In this document: positions 1 through 13,557 of the stretch, one piece after another
Layout of the letters: each line of letters starts with the position of its first letter
Position numbering within the stretch: position 1 is the first letter of the stretch
Origin: Malacoraja senta
Taxonomy: Eukaryota
Length of the DNA: 64,000 nucleotides
NCBI GenBank assembly: GCA_038087875.1
Contig: CM075989.1
Coordinates: 8,496,001 to 8,560,000 of the forward strand
Reading direction: 5' to 3'
Notes under the pieces: model-generated
The model's input: the letters and a program-made list of their open reading frames with translations, nothing else
Databases searched by the model: none
What the model was told of the DNA's origin: nothing
Position numbers and translations under genes: made by a program

Positions 1-455
1 TCCCATGCCTGGCCGATATCCTTCTAAATATTTGCTATCCCTGTACCTGTCCAAATGTCTTTTAAATGTTGTTATTGTACCTGCCTCAACTACTTCACCT
101 GGCAGGTAAATCCATCTACCCACCACCCTGTGTATGAAAATGTTGCTTCTCGGGTTCCTATTAAATCTTTCCCCTCTCACCTTAAACCTAGTTCTTGATT
201 ACCCTACCCTGGGGAAATGACTCTGTGTATTCACGCCATCCATTCCCCTCATGATTTTATACCTGCAAAAGATCACCTCCCAGTCTCCTGCGTTCCAAGG
301 AACAAAGTCCCAGTCTGCCCAACCTCTCCCTCAAGCTCAGGACCTCAAGTCCTGGCAACCTTCTCATAAATATTCTCTCCAGCTCAATTCCTACAGCAGG
401 GTGACTAAAATTGAACGCAATACTCCTACTGCAGTCTCACCACTATCTTATACAA
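1..455 (-). mobile_element. CR1-type LINE 3' fragment
   Basis: Contains ctatccctgtacctgtccaaatgtcttttaaatgttgttattgtacctgcctcaac, shared with 32810-33360 and 42000-42270. Confidence 0.75.
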
Positions 456-489
456 TATCTACACGGCGCCAGTGTGAAACGGCCTTTAG

Positions 490-763
490 TGGTCAGTGGA
501 CAAGAGCTGTACGTAACGGATTAGTGTATCATCAAGTGACTCACTCGAGTACAGATGCATGCACGGTCTCCATCAGTCCTGTCTGTGCTTCGTGGTGTGC
601 AGGTACAGTCCCTCATTCACCCATGTTATTTAGTCATTTTTAACCATCATTTAGGGATGTTATATGAATTAAAAATATTTAAGTATGTTTATGTTTATTT
701 TTGTGAGTTTATCAAAAGTATATTTATGTATGTTTTTGTTAGTTTATGAAAAGTTTATGTGTC

Positions 764-843
<80 letters not shown>

Positions 844-1141
844 CTCTCTCTCTGTCCTCCAAGGTTAGTTCTTCTGTTTGCCTTTATTTGCTTCAGTTTT
901 GAACAAGCAGTTTGATTTCTTTTTTTTTTTTTGCATTGTCAACAAAGTTGAGAAAAACATGTTATTATTTTGCTTCAACCAGTTAGCAGAAAAAAATATT
1001 ATGTTTGCCTTATGAACTTTACGTTTATGAAAGAGAAAGAAAGAGGTTAATGAAGATACATAATAATTTTATGTAGGGGTTCCCTGAGACATGAAAATTA
1101 TTTCAAGGGTTCCGTAAGGGTAAAAAGGATGAGAAACGCTG
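490..1141. mobile_element. Possible hAT-like non-autonomous remnant
   Basis: Right end aaaaaggatgagaaacgctg resembles hAT termini. No left TIR or TSD found. Confidence 0.3.
766..852. repeat. (CT)n microsatellite
   Basis: Directly visible. Confidence 0.98.
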
Positions 1142-1320
1142 GGTCGATGATATCACCTATTTTTTTGCAAACTTGCTAAACATGAATTGTATGTTCTCAT
1201 CCAAATCATCGACACAGATGACAAAAGAAAGGGTCCAGTACCGATTCTCGAGACTCACCTTTGTATATTCCTCAATGATGGACCAAAGTGAGATCTAAGT
1301 GTGTCAGAATTGCAACTATG

Positions 1321-1624
1321 TCCAGCTGGTAGAGCTGCTGCCTCACAGCGCCAGTGACCCAGGTTCAATCCTGACCTCTGGTGCTGTCTGCGTGGGTTTG
1401 AACATTTTTCCTGTGACTACATTGGTTTTCTCCGGTTTCCTCCCGCATTACAAAGACGCGCGAATCTGAAGGTTAAATGACATTGGGTAATTTCCCTTAG
1501 TGTGTCGGGAGTGCATGAGAGAGTGAGAATAACTTAGAACTAGTGTGAATGGGTGACCGATGGTTGGTGTGGACTTGGTGGACTGAATGGTCTGTTTCCA
1601 TGCTGTATCTCTAAACTAAACTAA
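1321..1624 (+). mobile_element. HE1-like V-SINE
   Basis: Same head, V-domain and (ctaaa)n tail. Confidence 0.8.
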
Positions 1625-2080
1625 CAACGTTAGATAAATCTACCAGCAAAGACATAATGGGCCAAATGGCCCCCTTTTTCCCATGCAATATCCTACTGTG
1701 GTGCAGCAATAAACATTGCTTAAAGTTTCACCGTTTAAGCCTAACATTCAAGCAATAAAGTGTCGATTCACAAATACCCTCTGAGGAGCTTTCCATCATT
1801 GAGTGGAACAAACAAGGGAGCAACAGACACCAGTGATTTTATATACAGCTCTCTCTTTGCAACATTATATGGGGCAGTTTTAGTGAATTCATTTTTCTTT
1901 TAACTCCGTTCTGCTCAAGTAATATTTTGTTACCAAAATGATAGCTAGTTCATTGGTTCATCGTGATAATGGTGCCGAAAGATAAAAAAAGACAAGTAGT
2001 TATTTCTCATCATAAATAACAAAAAAAACTAGATCTGCCAACAATTGTTACCATGGAAACCCACATACTTCTTTTACTCA

Positions 2081-2622
<542 letters not shown>

Positions 2623-3240
2623 TTTAGAAAGGAACTGTTTCATTTTTTTAAATATAAATATTATTTATATCTATACACACACAATTATGTATGTCATTGA
2701 AATAAGGCTTGCCGAAACTGTTATTTTCAGCTTAATTGTTGACTGAAGTACCTATTGTATCAAAGAACGTGAAATGTAATTGGTTGAGCTTGCTATCTAA
2801 ACCCAGCAAAAGTGGCTTCCAAAGAAACCAGGGAAGTGGAGAATCAGCAGAAAGTGCAGTGTGGATGGGAAGTCATGGGGATTGTTTCTCCGCAGCTATA
2901 TCCCAGAGATAGTGGCACTCTAGGGGCTGAAAACAGGAACAAAAGCAATGGAAAGAGCAGGATGGTATTTACATTCCAATTGGCAGTGTGACCCCCAAAC
3001 GTTAATGATCTGAAATTAGTTTTTTTCCCCTTTGATTAATAATGCTGAAAGCTCAATAACTCTCATTCCCAGTTAGTGCATTTTCCAGTCAGTCCTGCAC
3101 AGAAAATTCACCAATACTGCTTGTGTGCAGAAATCAGCAATGGGTTACTGTGGGAGTGGCATTCAATTGAAAATGTCACCCTAGTGAACGATGAATTAAA
3201 CCGATTCATCACTGTCCTCGGGCAAATGTAAAATATTATG

Positions 3241-3368
3241 TGTAAGAAGGAACTGCAGATGCTGGTTTAAACCGAAGATAGACACAAAAAGCTGGAGTAA
3301 CTCAGCGGATCAGGCAGCATCTCTGGAGAAGAGGAATAGGTGAGGTTTTGGGCGAGACCCTTCAGACT
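3241..3368 (-). mobile_element. Penelope-tail unit
   Basis: aaggaactgcagatgctgg..gagacccttcagac, the same family as the copies above. Confidence 0.75.
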
Positions 3369-4289
3369 GTAAATCTTATTGTTCTCCAATAAATGGGTTT
3401 AAAGTGATTTTGCATATCCTGATAAAGAAAGGATAATAATAATTTTGACACAATCATACAAGGGCATTATTCATATTTAATGAAGAAAATTACTTAGTCC
3501 ACTGGATTACTTAGTCCACTGGATAGATCATTAATTAATTAACTCCTTTATTAAATGAGGGCTTGCATAGAATAATATCCAGCACAATGGAAAAATAAAT
3601 CCCAGACTCTGCAAAAACAACATGACAATGGTTCTAAACAAGCCCTTCGAAGGCTATAGAGGTGAAAATGAAAGGAATAGATTGCAGCTGGAAAGTGGAT
3701 GTTGAAAGGAATGTGAAAGTGAAAGCTTTGTGTCTCGTGCTAACATGCTTCTGGACTGATCATGTCCCAGTGGACAGGAGCAGAGCGAGGAAAAAAGCCC
3801 TCCCACCTGCTGAAGTGGTTGCATCAAGTAGCAGGGCTTTGGAATCATTTCAGGTTTCGTAGCATGACTGAAGCAAATATAGATTGTAATGACAGTGCAG
3901 TGATGTTGAGAACCGCTTTCCAGCCCTCCAGAGTCCCGAGCATTATGCAGAAGCAGGCCTCTTGTAGGCTCGTGTTATTGTGTAGGACTTCAGCTGGTCC
4001 TAGAGTACAAAGCTTTCAGCGCACTGCTTGCTGTTGTCTCTGACAATTACCCCTGCTGCCTAGTGGTTTACACCACTCCCACATCCAATGCTGACAGACT
4101 AAATTAATTTGCTTTTGTACAAAGTGCATTGACGAGTGTGTTCTCGCCTTGTTGTAGGTCTTGAAGATTTCTGTTGCGCGGTGATCAAGTCAGAGTGCCC
4201 AGCGGTCCAAAGGTGGGAGGCGATATTGTGAGCCTATGAGTTGAGTAGCTATGTTTACAATTACATACGTGGCAAAGTGACCCTCCGGC

Positions 4290-4632
4290 TTCCTTTTCAA
4301 TGAATGCAAGGACCCACACCATCCTGGCCACACACTCATCTCTCTGCTGCCATCAGGTAGAAGGTACAGGAGCCTGAAATCTGCAACATCCAGGTTCAGG
4401 AACAGCTTCTTCCACAGAGCCATCAGACTATTAAACACAACTTCAAACAAACTCTGAACTATAACAGCCTATTGCACTTAATCTGTTTATTTATGTGTGT
4501 ATGTATATTTATTATGGTATATGGACACACTGATCTGATCTGTATTTATGCCTACAATATTCTGTTGTGCTGCAGCAAGCAAGAATTTCATTGACCTATC
4601 TGGGACACATGACAATAAACTCTCTTGACTTG
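4290..4632 (+). mobile_element. Rex1/Babar-type LINE 3' end
   Basis: Closely matches 54745-55050 (ggtagaaggtacaggagcctgaaa..gacacatgacaataaactc). Confidence 0.85.
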
Positions 4633-4780
4633 GCATTTCATACTACTTGTCACATAGATTCATGAAGTTATGCAGCATGGAGCATGGAGACAGGCCTTTT
4701 AGCCCATCTCGTCCATGCCGACCAAGATTCCTATCCATGCCAATGTTATTTGCCTGCATATGTTCTATATCCCTCTAAAC

Positions 4781-5810
4781 CAGGGGTGGGGAATCTGCGG
4801 CCTTCTAGGCCATTAGGTCCGGCCTTTTGAATGAATCCAAATTTTGTAGAACAAATCCTTTTACTTTTATTAATATGTTTTTGTTCGTCTTATATTTTTT
4901 ATATTTTAATCTTAAAATGAATGTATTAAAATGCCAAAGAGTAAAAGAAGATTCAATGAAATAATTCTCCCCTTTCTGTGTGATATCATGTCAAAACAAA
5001 ATGACTTGAATGTTTCTTTGCAAGGTAAAGCTAAGTCTATATATATGTGGCAAAAAAGTCCAAACATTTCGAAAAAAGCTATATTTTTTCAAAACTCTTC
5101 TTCTTCAAAAATGAAATTTCAGATGAACATTTTCCCCAGTTAGCGAAGGTCATTGATGAGCAGGAGGATTCATGCGAAGAATACGCAGCTGTTATAGACA
5201 TTTTAATTAAAGAATACAATGAAAGGTTCACTGACTTTGAGAATCATGACATCACACTCAAATTAGCATTTCAACCTCACCTAGTTGATGTCTCCAAGGC
5301 TCCTAAAGAACTACAGATGGAACTGATTGAGCTCTCAGAAGATGACATTTTAAATTCCTTATTTGACACTAAGAAAGATCTGATTGAAATATGGAAAAAT
5401 GCAACAGAATACCCACGCCTTCGGTAACATGCATGAAAAATGCTTTCTTGCTTTTCAACCACTTATTGCTGCGAATCTACATTCTCCTACCTATCCCAAA
5501 TCAAGACGCCCTTAAGGTCACAAATGACGGATACCCATCGAGGAGATCAGTGGAAACTGCGTACCTCCATGTTGCAACCAAATATTCAAATGCTTTCCCA
5601 CAAAAAGCAGTCACAACAAAGTCATTAAAAGGATAGTTAACTTTAGAATTAACAATTTTTCTCATTTTCTTGAAGTTAGTACATAGTAGTTAGATTTTTA
5701 CAAAATAATGTAAATTTTGAAGTATATATAATTGAGTTTCTTGGATGCGGCCTATTAGATTACAGCTAACTTAATGCGGCATTCCAACATGAAAATGTTC
5801 TCCACCCCTG
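4781..5810 (+). mobile_element. Internally deleted hAT (Charlie-like) DNA transposon with decayed transposase C-terminus
   Basis: TIRs CAGGGGTGGGGAA and TTCTCCACCCCTG. 8-bp TSD ctctaaac/ctctcaac. Broken ORFs include a hAT dimerisation-like segment FSTTYCCESTFSYLSQIKT..RS. Nested in a CR1 fragment. Confidence 0.9.
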
Positions 5811-6060
5811 CTCTCAACCTTTCCTATCCATGTACCTGCCCAATTAAATGTTGTAATTGTATCCATCCTTACCACTTCCTGTGGCAGCTTGCTCTATACA
5901 CCCACCACCCTCTGTACCAAAAACATGTCCCTCCGATCCCCTCTGAAACTTTTCTCTCTTACCTTACGCTCCCTCATTTTCCCTCTCACATTACGCTCCC
6001 TCATTTTATACTCTCCTAGCTTGCAAGAAGACTGAATATTTACTTTATCTATGCTCTTCA

Positions 6061-6622
6061 TCTATATAATTAAAAGTCTCATCTTGACCACTTACTGTTT
6101 GCGTAGTTGTTTGACTACGTAGTTGTTTGATATTAGAAAAAAACGCTACCATATATGGCTGTGATTTTTTGGCCATCTTACTCAGAGTCCTCCTCCGATG
6201 ATCAGGCCCCGAGGATTTTTCCCATCCCAATAGAGTTATTAGTGTTTAAAAATTCTTGAGATTCTCTCTCCTGTCAATCACTGCGATGAAGACCACGCCC
6301 CTTCCGGGGGGGACCTATAAAACCCGGAAGTCTGGAATAGGCTCAGTCGCTGCAAGATGGCGACGGAGAGGCCACGACTCTCAGTCTGAGCTGGGAATCT
6401 ACACAACACTGAGTGTCTACTGAAATGTGAGTGCCCTTTATGTGGTTTTATGTGGTTTTATGTGGTCTGGAGACCAGTCCCTTTGGCCCACGACACCCAT
6501 ACTAGCGCTCCGGAAAGCCCCCCCCCCTCCCCTCCCCCCGCACTGGCCAGCAGTATTGGAATTGGTGGAGAGGTGGAATATTGCGTTGGAGGACCAGCCC
6601 TCCCGTGTGAAGCTTAGTCTAG
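6061..6622 (+). mobile_element. Non-autonomous Helitron
   Basis: Starts 5'-TC after A and ends CTAG before T, with no TSD. Removing it restores the CR1 sequence ctatgctcttca|taattttata. Terminal sequences are shared with the element at 27254-28050. Confidence 0.85.
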
Positions 6623-7513
6623 TAATTTTATAAATCTCAACACAGTCACCTCCCACTAGGAAAATGACCTGTCCAATCTGTGCTTATTATGGTCTCAAAT
6701 GTCAGCCCTCTAGTCCGGGGAACATTACTGTGAATGTTTTCTGCACTCTCTCCAATTTAATAACATCCTTCCTATGATGCGGTAACCAGAATCGCACACA
6801 ATAGTCGAAATGTGGCTCAACCAATAATCTGTATATTATAATATTCCAAACCGAAACATCACCTATCCATGTTCTCCACAGATGCTGCCTGACCCGATGA
6901 GTTACTCCAACATTTTGTGTCTTTATTTCTTAATAGATGTTACCTGCTTGATATTCATGTCAACAGGGAACAAAGGGAAAAGGATTATGGACTCAAAATT
7001 GAGTGATAAGACAAGGGTCTCATTTTTCAGTTGCAATAAACAGCCTGGTTGATGTTCACATCATCGGGCTTACTTCCCCATAGGTGGCAAGTGTGATCCC
7101 ACATTTGTGTTCAATAATAATGTGTCACTTGGCACAGGGACCTTGAGTGTTACTGATTCAGTACAGAAGCAGCAACTTTTCATTTAATACCAGGGACGTC
7201 CGGGGTGAAATTTCTCTTCCTTAACATCTGCCTTCTAAAGTAAATAGATTTCGAAGAGAGACGGTGAAATCGAAGGACATCACTTCCATTGTGCCACTAA
7301 TGACATTCAAGACACTTTACAACCAATTAAGTAATTTAGAAGGAATTTGATGTGACACTCACTGTCAATTAATTTCCATGCATCAAGCTCCACAAACATC
7401 ATCATGCCAATGTCAAAAAAGGGGCTTGGTTTTTCCTGTAAAAATGCTGACAGTTCCATGAAGAATTACCGACCATTCCCTCCGTATCTATCAGGAAGTT
7501 TGGAATTATGTAT

Positions 7514-7787
7514 TGCACAGTGGCGAGGAGGTAGAGCTGCTGCCTTACAGTACCAGAGACCTGGGTTGATCCTGTCTGTACGGAGTTTGGACGTCCTCCC
7601 TGTGACTGTGTGGGTTTTCTCCGGGTGCTCCGGTTTCCTCCCACATTCCAAAGATGTGCAGATTTGGCTTCTGTAAATTATTCCTAGTGTGTAGGATAGA
7701 ACTGGTGTGTATGGGTGGTTGCTGGTTGGTGCAGACTCGGTGGGCTGAAAGGCCTGTTTCCACGCTGTATCTCTAAACTAAACTAAA
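7514..7787 (+). mobile_element. HE1-like V-SINE
   Basis: Same family. Confidence 0.8.
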
Positions 7788-7859
7788 TTCCCAAGCAAAG
7801 GGGTCCAAGCACAGAAATCTGGCACTTCCACACTGTGATGGCTGCATTCATTCCATTGT

Positions 7860-8917
7860 CCATCCGACATGTCCTCATTCTTTAGGGAACAGGGTTCCCC
7901 TCTCCCATCATAGATGAGGCCCACAACTCGTGTCTCCTCGGTACCCCCCAGCTCCGCCCTTGCTCCCCCTCCCCCCTAGTCGCAACAGAGACAGAGTCCC
8001 CCTAGTCCTTACCTTCCACCCCATCAGCCGTCGCATACAACACATAACCCTCCGAAATTTCCGCCACCTCCAACGGGATCCCACCACTAGCCACATTTCC
8101 CCCCATCTCCACCCCTTTCCGCCTTCCGCAGCGACCGTTCCCTCCGCAACTCCCTGGTTAACTCATCCCTTCCCACCCAAACCACCCCCTCCCCAGGTAC
8201 CTTCCCTTGCAACCACAGAAGATGCAACACCTGTCCCTATACCTCCTCCCTCTACTCTGTCCAGAGACCCTGACAGTCCTATCAGGATAAGCAGCTCCTC
8301 CAACCTCATCTACTGAATCCATTGTTCAAGATGTGGACTCTTATACATCAGCGAGACCAAACACAGACTGGGCGATCATTTCACGGAACACCTTCGCTCA
8401 GCCCGCCTAGACTTAGCTGATCTCCCGGTTGCTAGACACTTTAATTCACCTTCCCATTCCCTGTCTGTCATATCTTTCTATCCTAGATCTCCTCCATTGT
8501 CAGAGTAAGGCTAAACACAAATTGGAGGAACAGCATCTCATATTTCACATGGGCAGCTTACAGCCCAGTGGTATAAATATTGATTTCTCTATTTTCAGGT
8601 AGCCCCGGCATTCCCTCTCTCTCTCTCCCTCCCTCCCCCACATAAGTCGCACCAGCTTCTCGTTTTCACCCAACAAACAGCGAACAATGGCCTGTTTCTT
8701 CTATCATCGTTACTTTTTTGCATATCTTGTATTCCTTTTTCGTTATCTCTCCACATCACCGTCTATATCTCTCGTTTCCCTTATCCCTAACCAGAAGGGT
8801 CTCGGCCGAAATGTCACCCATTCCTTCTCTCCAGAGATGCTGCCTGTCCCGCTGAGTTAGTCCACTGTTTTGTGTCTATCTTCGGTTTTAACCAGCATCT
8901 GCAGTTCCTTCCTACAC
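7860..8917 (+). mobile_element. Penelope-like element 3' portion (decayed RT end, GIY-YIG, terminal repeat)
   Basis: Frame fragments RDRVPLVLTFHP..HLQRDPTT and SSNLIY..YISETK. Terminal repeat matches other copies. Flanking tcattccat at 7848-7856 and 8919-8927. Confidence 0.85.
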
Positions 8918-9555
8918 GTCATTCCATCAGATTCAGGTTCAGTGACTCCACACAGTAAAATAGAGAGTAATAGTGCCGAGGAAGGGAGGTAGTTCTACAT
9001 AGCGTAAGATACATGTTTTGCTCAATCAATTTACACATAATTAATTATTTTTAAGCATTTTCTGGTGTTTTTAGGTTTTCAACTTTGTTCTTCATCCTAA
9101 ATTTAATATTGTCATTCATTATTAATCCTTTTTGAATGCTCTTGCATCTTTGTGAATTGCAGAAACATTCGAATCTTATTGTTTGACTGCTCCGAAGGCC
9201 AGCTGAGCTTGAATCCTTTGATTCGAGAGAAATGCCAGAGGATTCGAAAATTGCAATGCTTAGAAAGAGAGGAGGGTAAAAAGTGACTAATTATAGAGAC
9301 ACGAGAGACTGCAGATGCTGGAATCTGGAGGAGAAAAAAACCCAAAGAGCTGGAGGAGCTCAGTGGTTTCGACGAGTTTTTTCGTGACGAGCGATAGGAG
9401 GCTCAGCCTATCACTTATTGTTAGGTGTGAGGAAAACGCCACAATCAACTATTAAGGCAGTAAATGTAAAATATTATCAGAAGAGGCAACATGGCTTCGT
9501 GAAATTGTGCCGGATTAAATTAACTAGAGTTTTTTGAGGAAGTTTCAATCAGAAT

Positions 9556-10063
9556 GGGCACGGTGGCGCAGTGGTAGAGTTGCTGACTTTTAGCGCCAGA
9601 GTCCTGGGTTCAATCCTGACTGCGGGTGCCGTCAGTACGGAGCTTGTACGTTCTCCCCGTGACCTGTTTGGGTTTACCTCCGTGATCTCCGGCTTCCTCC
9701 CACACTCCAAATATTTGTAGGCTAATTGGCTTGGTAAAAATTGTAAATTGTCCCTTGTGGAATTCTCTGCCTCAGAGGGCGGTGGAGGCCGGTTCTCTGG
9801 ATGCTTTCAAGAGAGGGTTAGATAGAGCTCTTAAAGATAGCGGAGTCAAGGGATATGGGGAGAAGGCAGGAACGGGGTACTGATTGTGGATGATCAGCCA
9901 TGATCACATTGAATGGTGGTGCTGGCTTGAAGGGCCTAATGGCCTACTCCTGCACCTATTGTCTATTGTCTATTGTGTGTGCGGGAGAGTGTTAGTGTGC
10001 GGGGATCGCTGGTCGGCGCAGACTCAGTGGGCTGAAGGTGCTGTTTCCGCGCTGTATCTCTAA
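9556..10063 (+). mobile_element. HE1-like V-SINE split by a CR1 insertion
   Basis: Head 9556-9756, tail 9975-10063. Confidence 0.82.
9757..9974 (+). mobile_element. Young CR1 3' end with (CTATTGT)n tail, nested in a SINE
   Basis: Near-identical to 33079-33340 and 38250-38607. Confidence 0.85.
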
Positions 10064-10539
10064 AAAACAAATATATAGGTAGAGAGGGACCAATAGATGT
10101 GTTCGGACTTTCAGATGGGTTTGGCATAATGCCCCACGAAAGGTTAAATGAGAAGATGACAGTTCCTGGCTCGGACAGAATGGCAGGGATTGAAATTGGT
10201 CAAGAGCCAGGCAGCAGCAAATAAGGATAAGGAAGTCTTTTCAAGTTGACAACCTGTGATCAGTGGAGAAATAAGGACTAGGGCAATGGAACGGAGATAT
10301 TAAAAAATCCATCACACAAGGAGAGTGAATCTTTGGAATTCTCCACTCAAGATGGCTGTGGGGACTAATTTGTTAGGTAATATTCAAGAAGGAGAAGAAT
10401 AGATTTTTGGATATTAAGGGATTCAAAGAGTGCAGAGTTAGTGCTGGAAAGTGGCAGTGAGGTAAGATATCAGCCAGGATCTCACTGACTGGCATAGCAG
10501 ATATGAGGGGCTGAATGGCCACCATTTTCTTCCACTTCT

Positions 10540-10835
10540 TAGTTTAGTTTAGAGATACAGAAACAGGCCCTTCAGCCAAACGCCGACCAGCGATTCCCCG
10601 CACATTAACTCTATCATGCACACACTAGGGACAATTTACAATGTTACCAAGCTAATTAGCTTTTAAACCTGTATGTCTTTGGAGTGTGGGAGGAAACCGG
10701 AGCTCACGGAGAAAACCCACGCAGGTCACGAGGAGAACATACAGGCTCCGTGCAGACGGCACTTGTAGTCAGGATCGAACCCGGGTCTCTGACGCTGTAA
10801 GGCAGCAACTCTACCACTGCGCCAACATGCTGCCC
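10540..10835 (-). mobile_element. HE1-like V-SINE
   Basis: Reverse complement of the family sequence. Confidence 0.82.
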
Positions 10836-11484
10836 TTATGTTCTTGCGTCCTTAGAATTTGGATTCAACAGTAAGATTCCAACCAACCAAGCCAAAGCTG
10901 GCAATGAAATCACCGCAGTAACCTTTACGTCCAAAGGTGCTCCTTCCATGGGTTAATTCAGCCACTTTCCTGTGTTAAAACCTTCACACTAGATATGTGG
11001 AGAAGGTGTCATTACTAAGCTGGTGTGAAAACCGTCTCTGCTTTATGGAAAGATGAAGATGAAACTTCAAAAATGATTAATTAGCTGGTGTAAAGGGAAA
11101 TAAAATCAATCAGAAACATTTTCTGTCAGCTTGTGTCAGGACTGTGAATTCGAGCAGCAACTCACCTTGCAAAGTTGCCACTTAGAAGCTGATTTTTTTT
11201 TCCCAGCCGATCGGTATAGAAAGATATTTGTTTATCACTATCCAAGGACACCGACTTAATAGACATGAGCAGAGGTCTAGACTTGCAACGTGTGACGTTT
11301 GCCCAAGTAATCTCACTGTGGTTGAATGGTGTGTCGGGGCTGCAGCTGTGAAGCTCAGAGCTTGTCCTTAGAGCAGCAGTGTGTCGGCTACCTGTGGCCA
11401 CTGTGGATGGGAGATGCAGCAGTGTCTCACTGTTGCTGACCATTCCGCAACCATCTGACCGCCCAACATCTGTGTGGACTCCTA

Positions 11485-12056
11485 TGTATCAGCTAGAGCA
11501 AGCACAGAATGGGCGATGGTTTTGCTGAACACCTTCACTTAATCCACCTGGGCCTAGACGATCTCTCGGTTGCTAAACACTTTAACTCCCCCTCCCATTC
11601 CCACACTGACCTTTCTGTCCTGGGCCTCCTCCACTGTCAGAGTGAGGCCAAACACAAATTGGAGGAACAGCGCCTCATATCTCGCTTGGGCAGCTTACAG
11701 CCCAGCGGTATCAATATTGATTTCTCTAACTTCAAGTAACCCTTGCTTTCCCTCTCTCTCCATCCCTTCCCCACCCTACTTCTCCTACTAGTTTCACTGT
11801 CCTCCTGATTAATTTTGACTGTATGTCTGCCTCGTTGTAACCTTCCCCTCAGCCAACAGTGAACCATTGTACATTTCCCAGAGCATCGTCTGCTTTGATC
11901 TGTCCTGTTCACACCTTGTATCCTTCCATAACTCTAGTTTCCCTCTCCCCTGACTCTCAGTCTGAAGAAGGGTCTTGACCAGAAATGTCACCCATTCCTT
12001 CCCCCCAAAGATGTTACCTGTTCCTCTGAGTTCCTGAGTTTTGTGTCTATCTTCTG
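11485..12056 (+). mobile_element. Penelope-like element 3' fragment
   Basis: Translates GDGFAEHL..VAKHFNSPSHS..KLEEQRLISRLGSLQPSGINIDF, followed by a terminal repeat with ctgaagaagggtcttgacc. Confidence 0.85.
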
Positions 12057-12705
12057 GAATTACCTTGCTGTCCCCCCCATCCCCTCCATATTGAAGCCTA
12101 CATCACCTATTGCAATGTTTCTTCAGGCATCTCATTGTTAAATGTTAGTGCAGACTCATTGGAATATTTTTACTTTGTTATAGGTTCCATATAAATGAAA
12201 ACTATGCACGTTATTTGAAAACATTTGTTCAGACGTGAGATGTGCATTTCACAACCTCAATGGTTCAATGGTACTTCATTGCCAAGTACAGTGAAATTTG
12301 CATACAGTCCAGTGACAATCCTGCTATCCATTAGGCACAATCAAAAGGTGTAAGACCTTGAGTTCGCACTGTGCCATCTTGTACCCTCAGCTCTGGAAGT
12401 ATTTTCAGCATCTTAATATGTGAAGGATATCAGATCCTGGAGGCTCACAAAAGTAGTATCGTGATAAATTAGCACAACGTTGAATAATAAGTGTTGCAGA
12501 TGTTGGAAATCTGAATTAAAATCAGACAACATTGCAAACAGTCAGTAGGACAGGCAGCATCCGTGGAGGAAGAAACAGAGTTAATGCTTCAGTTGGAACT
12601 CTTGACATGTTAACTCCAGAACCCACCTGAGCTGCTGAATGTTTGCAGTAGTTTCTGCTTTTATCCTGAAAATGACTCATCTGTTTTAGCTCATAAGGTC
12701 ATAAG

Positions 12706-13557
12706 AATGTGGGCGGCGCGACTCTCGTCAGCAGCGGCCTCTGCAGTCCGTCTGTCTTTTTATTATTTTTGTCTCGTTTCTATGTAGTTTTTATTATCGG
12801 GGTATGTGTGTGGGGGGGGGGGGGGTGGGGGTGAACTTTAAAATCTTTCCCCTGCACGGGAGACCCGACCTTTTCTTAGTCGGGTCTCCGTTTGTCGTTG
12901 GGGCTGGGCAACGTGGAGCGGCCTCCAGCAGGAACGACCTGGGGCTCCAGTTGCGGAGCTGCGGACTACTCACCGTCACGGGGCTGGCCGAGTCCGGAGC
13001 GGGTGGAGCTGTGGTGGAGACAATCGCTGCTGCGACCCGACCCCCGGAGATTCGGAGGCTACGGCCGCGGGTCTGGCGGACGGCAACACCGGAAGCCCGC
13101 GGGTCCCTGGTGGGAGACCGCTTTTCGGGGCTTCCGCAGCGGCGACTTCTCCCGCCCGAGTTGCGGGGTTGAAGAGCACCTGGAGCGGGGCTTTACATCA
13201 CCGCCCCGCGCGGCTTGGAATGGCCGCGGGACTTTGCGAGCGCGCGCCGGGGCTCTAATACCAAGACCCGGTGCGCGACCCTGCATCGCCCGGCATGGCT
13301 TTAATGGCCGCGGGACAATCACCATCACCCGCCGGGGGCTTTGACTTTGACTCTGACATCGGGGGGGGGGGGGGGGGGGGAGTGCAGTGGAGAGATACGT
13401 TTTTTTTGCCTTCCATCACAGCGCTGTGATGGATGTATGTGTAAATTGTGTTGTGTCTCGGGTCTTCTTCGTTTTGTAATGTATGGCTGCAGAAACGATA
13501 TTTCGTTTGGACCTCAACGGGGTCCAAATGACAAATAAATTGTATTGTATTGTATTG
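12706..13557 (+). mobile_element. GC/CpG-rich non-coding retroposon with Rex-like 3' tail
   Basis: 3' hairpin tttggacctc-aac-ggggtccaaa, then atgacaaataaa and (ttgta)n. Flanking taag direct repeat. Splits a CR1 tail. Confidence 0.7.

Larger units (their letters stand above)
4650..6830 (-). mobile_element. CR1 fragment interrupted by the hAT element and the Helitron
   Basis: Contiguous CR1 3' sequence is restored when 4781-5818 and 6061-6622 are removed. Confidence 0.7.

Noticed and set aside
3490..3523. 17-bp tandem duplication ttacttagtccactgga
   Set aside because: Simple local duplication with no associated structure.
4931..5628. Domesticated hAT-derived gene (GTF2IRD2/ZBED-like)
   Set aside because: Frameshifts and stops, N-terminal portion missing, still bounded by TIRs and TSD.
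12794..13538. GC-rich overlapping ORFs, or a CpG-island promoter of a host gene
   Set aside because: Bounded by a retroposon tail and interrupts a CR1 end. The ORFs reflect GC content.
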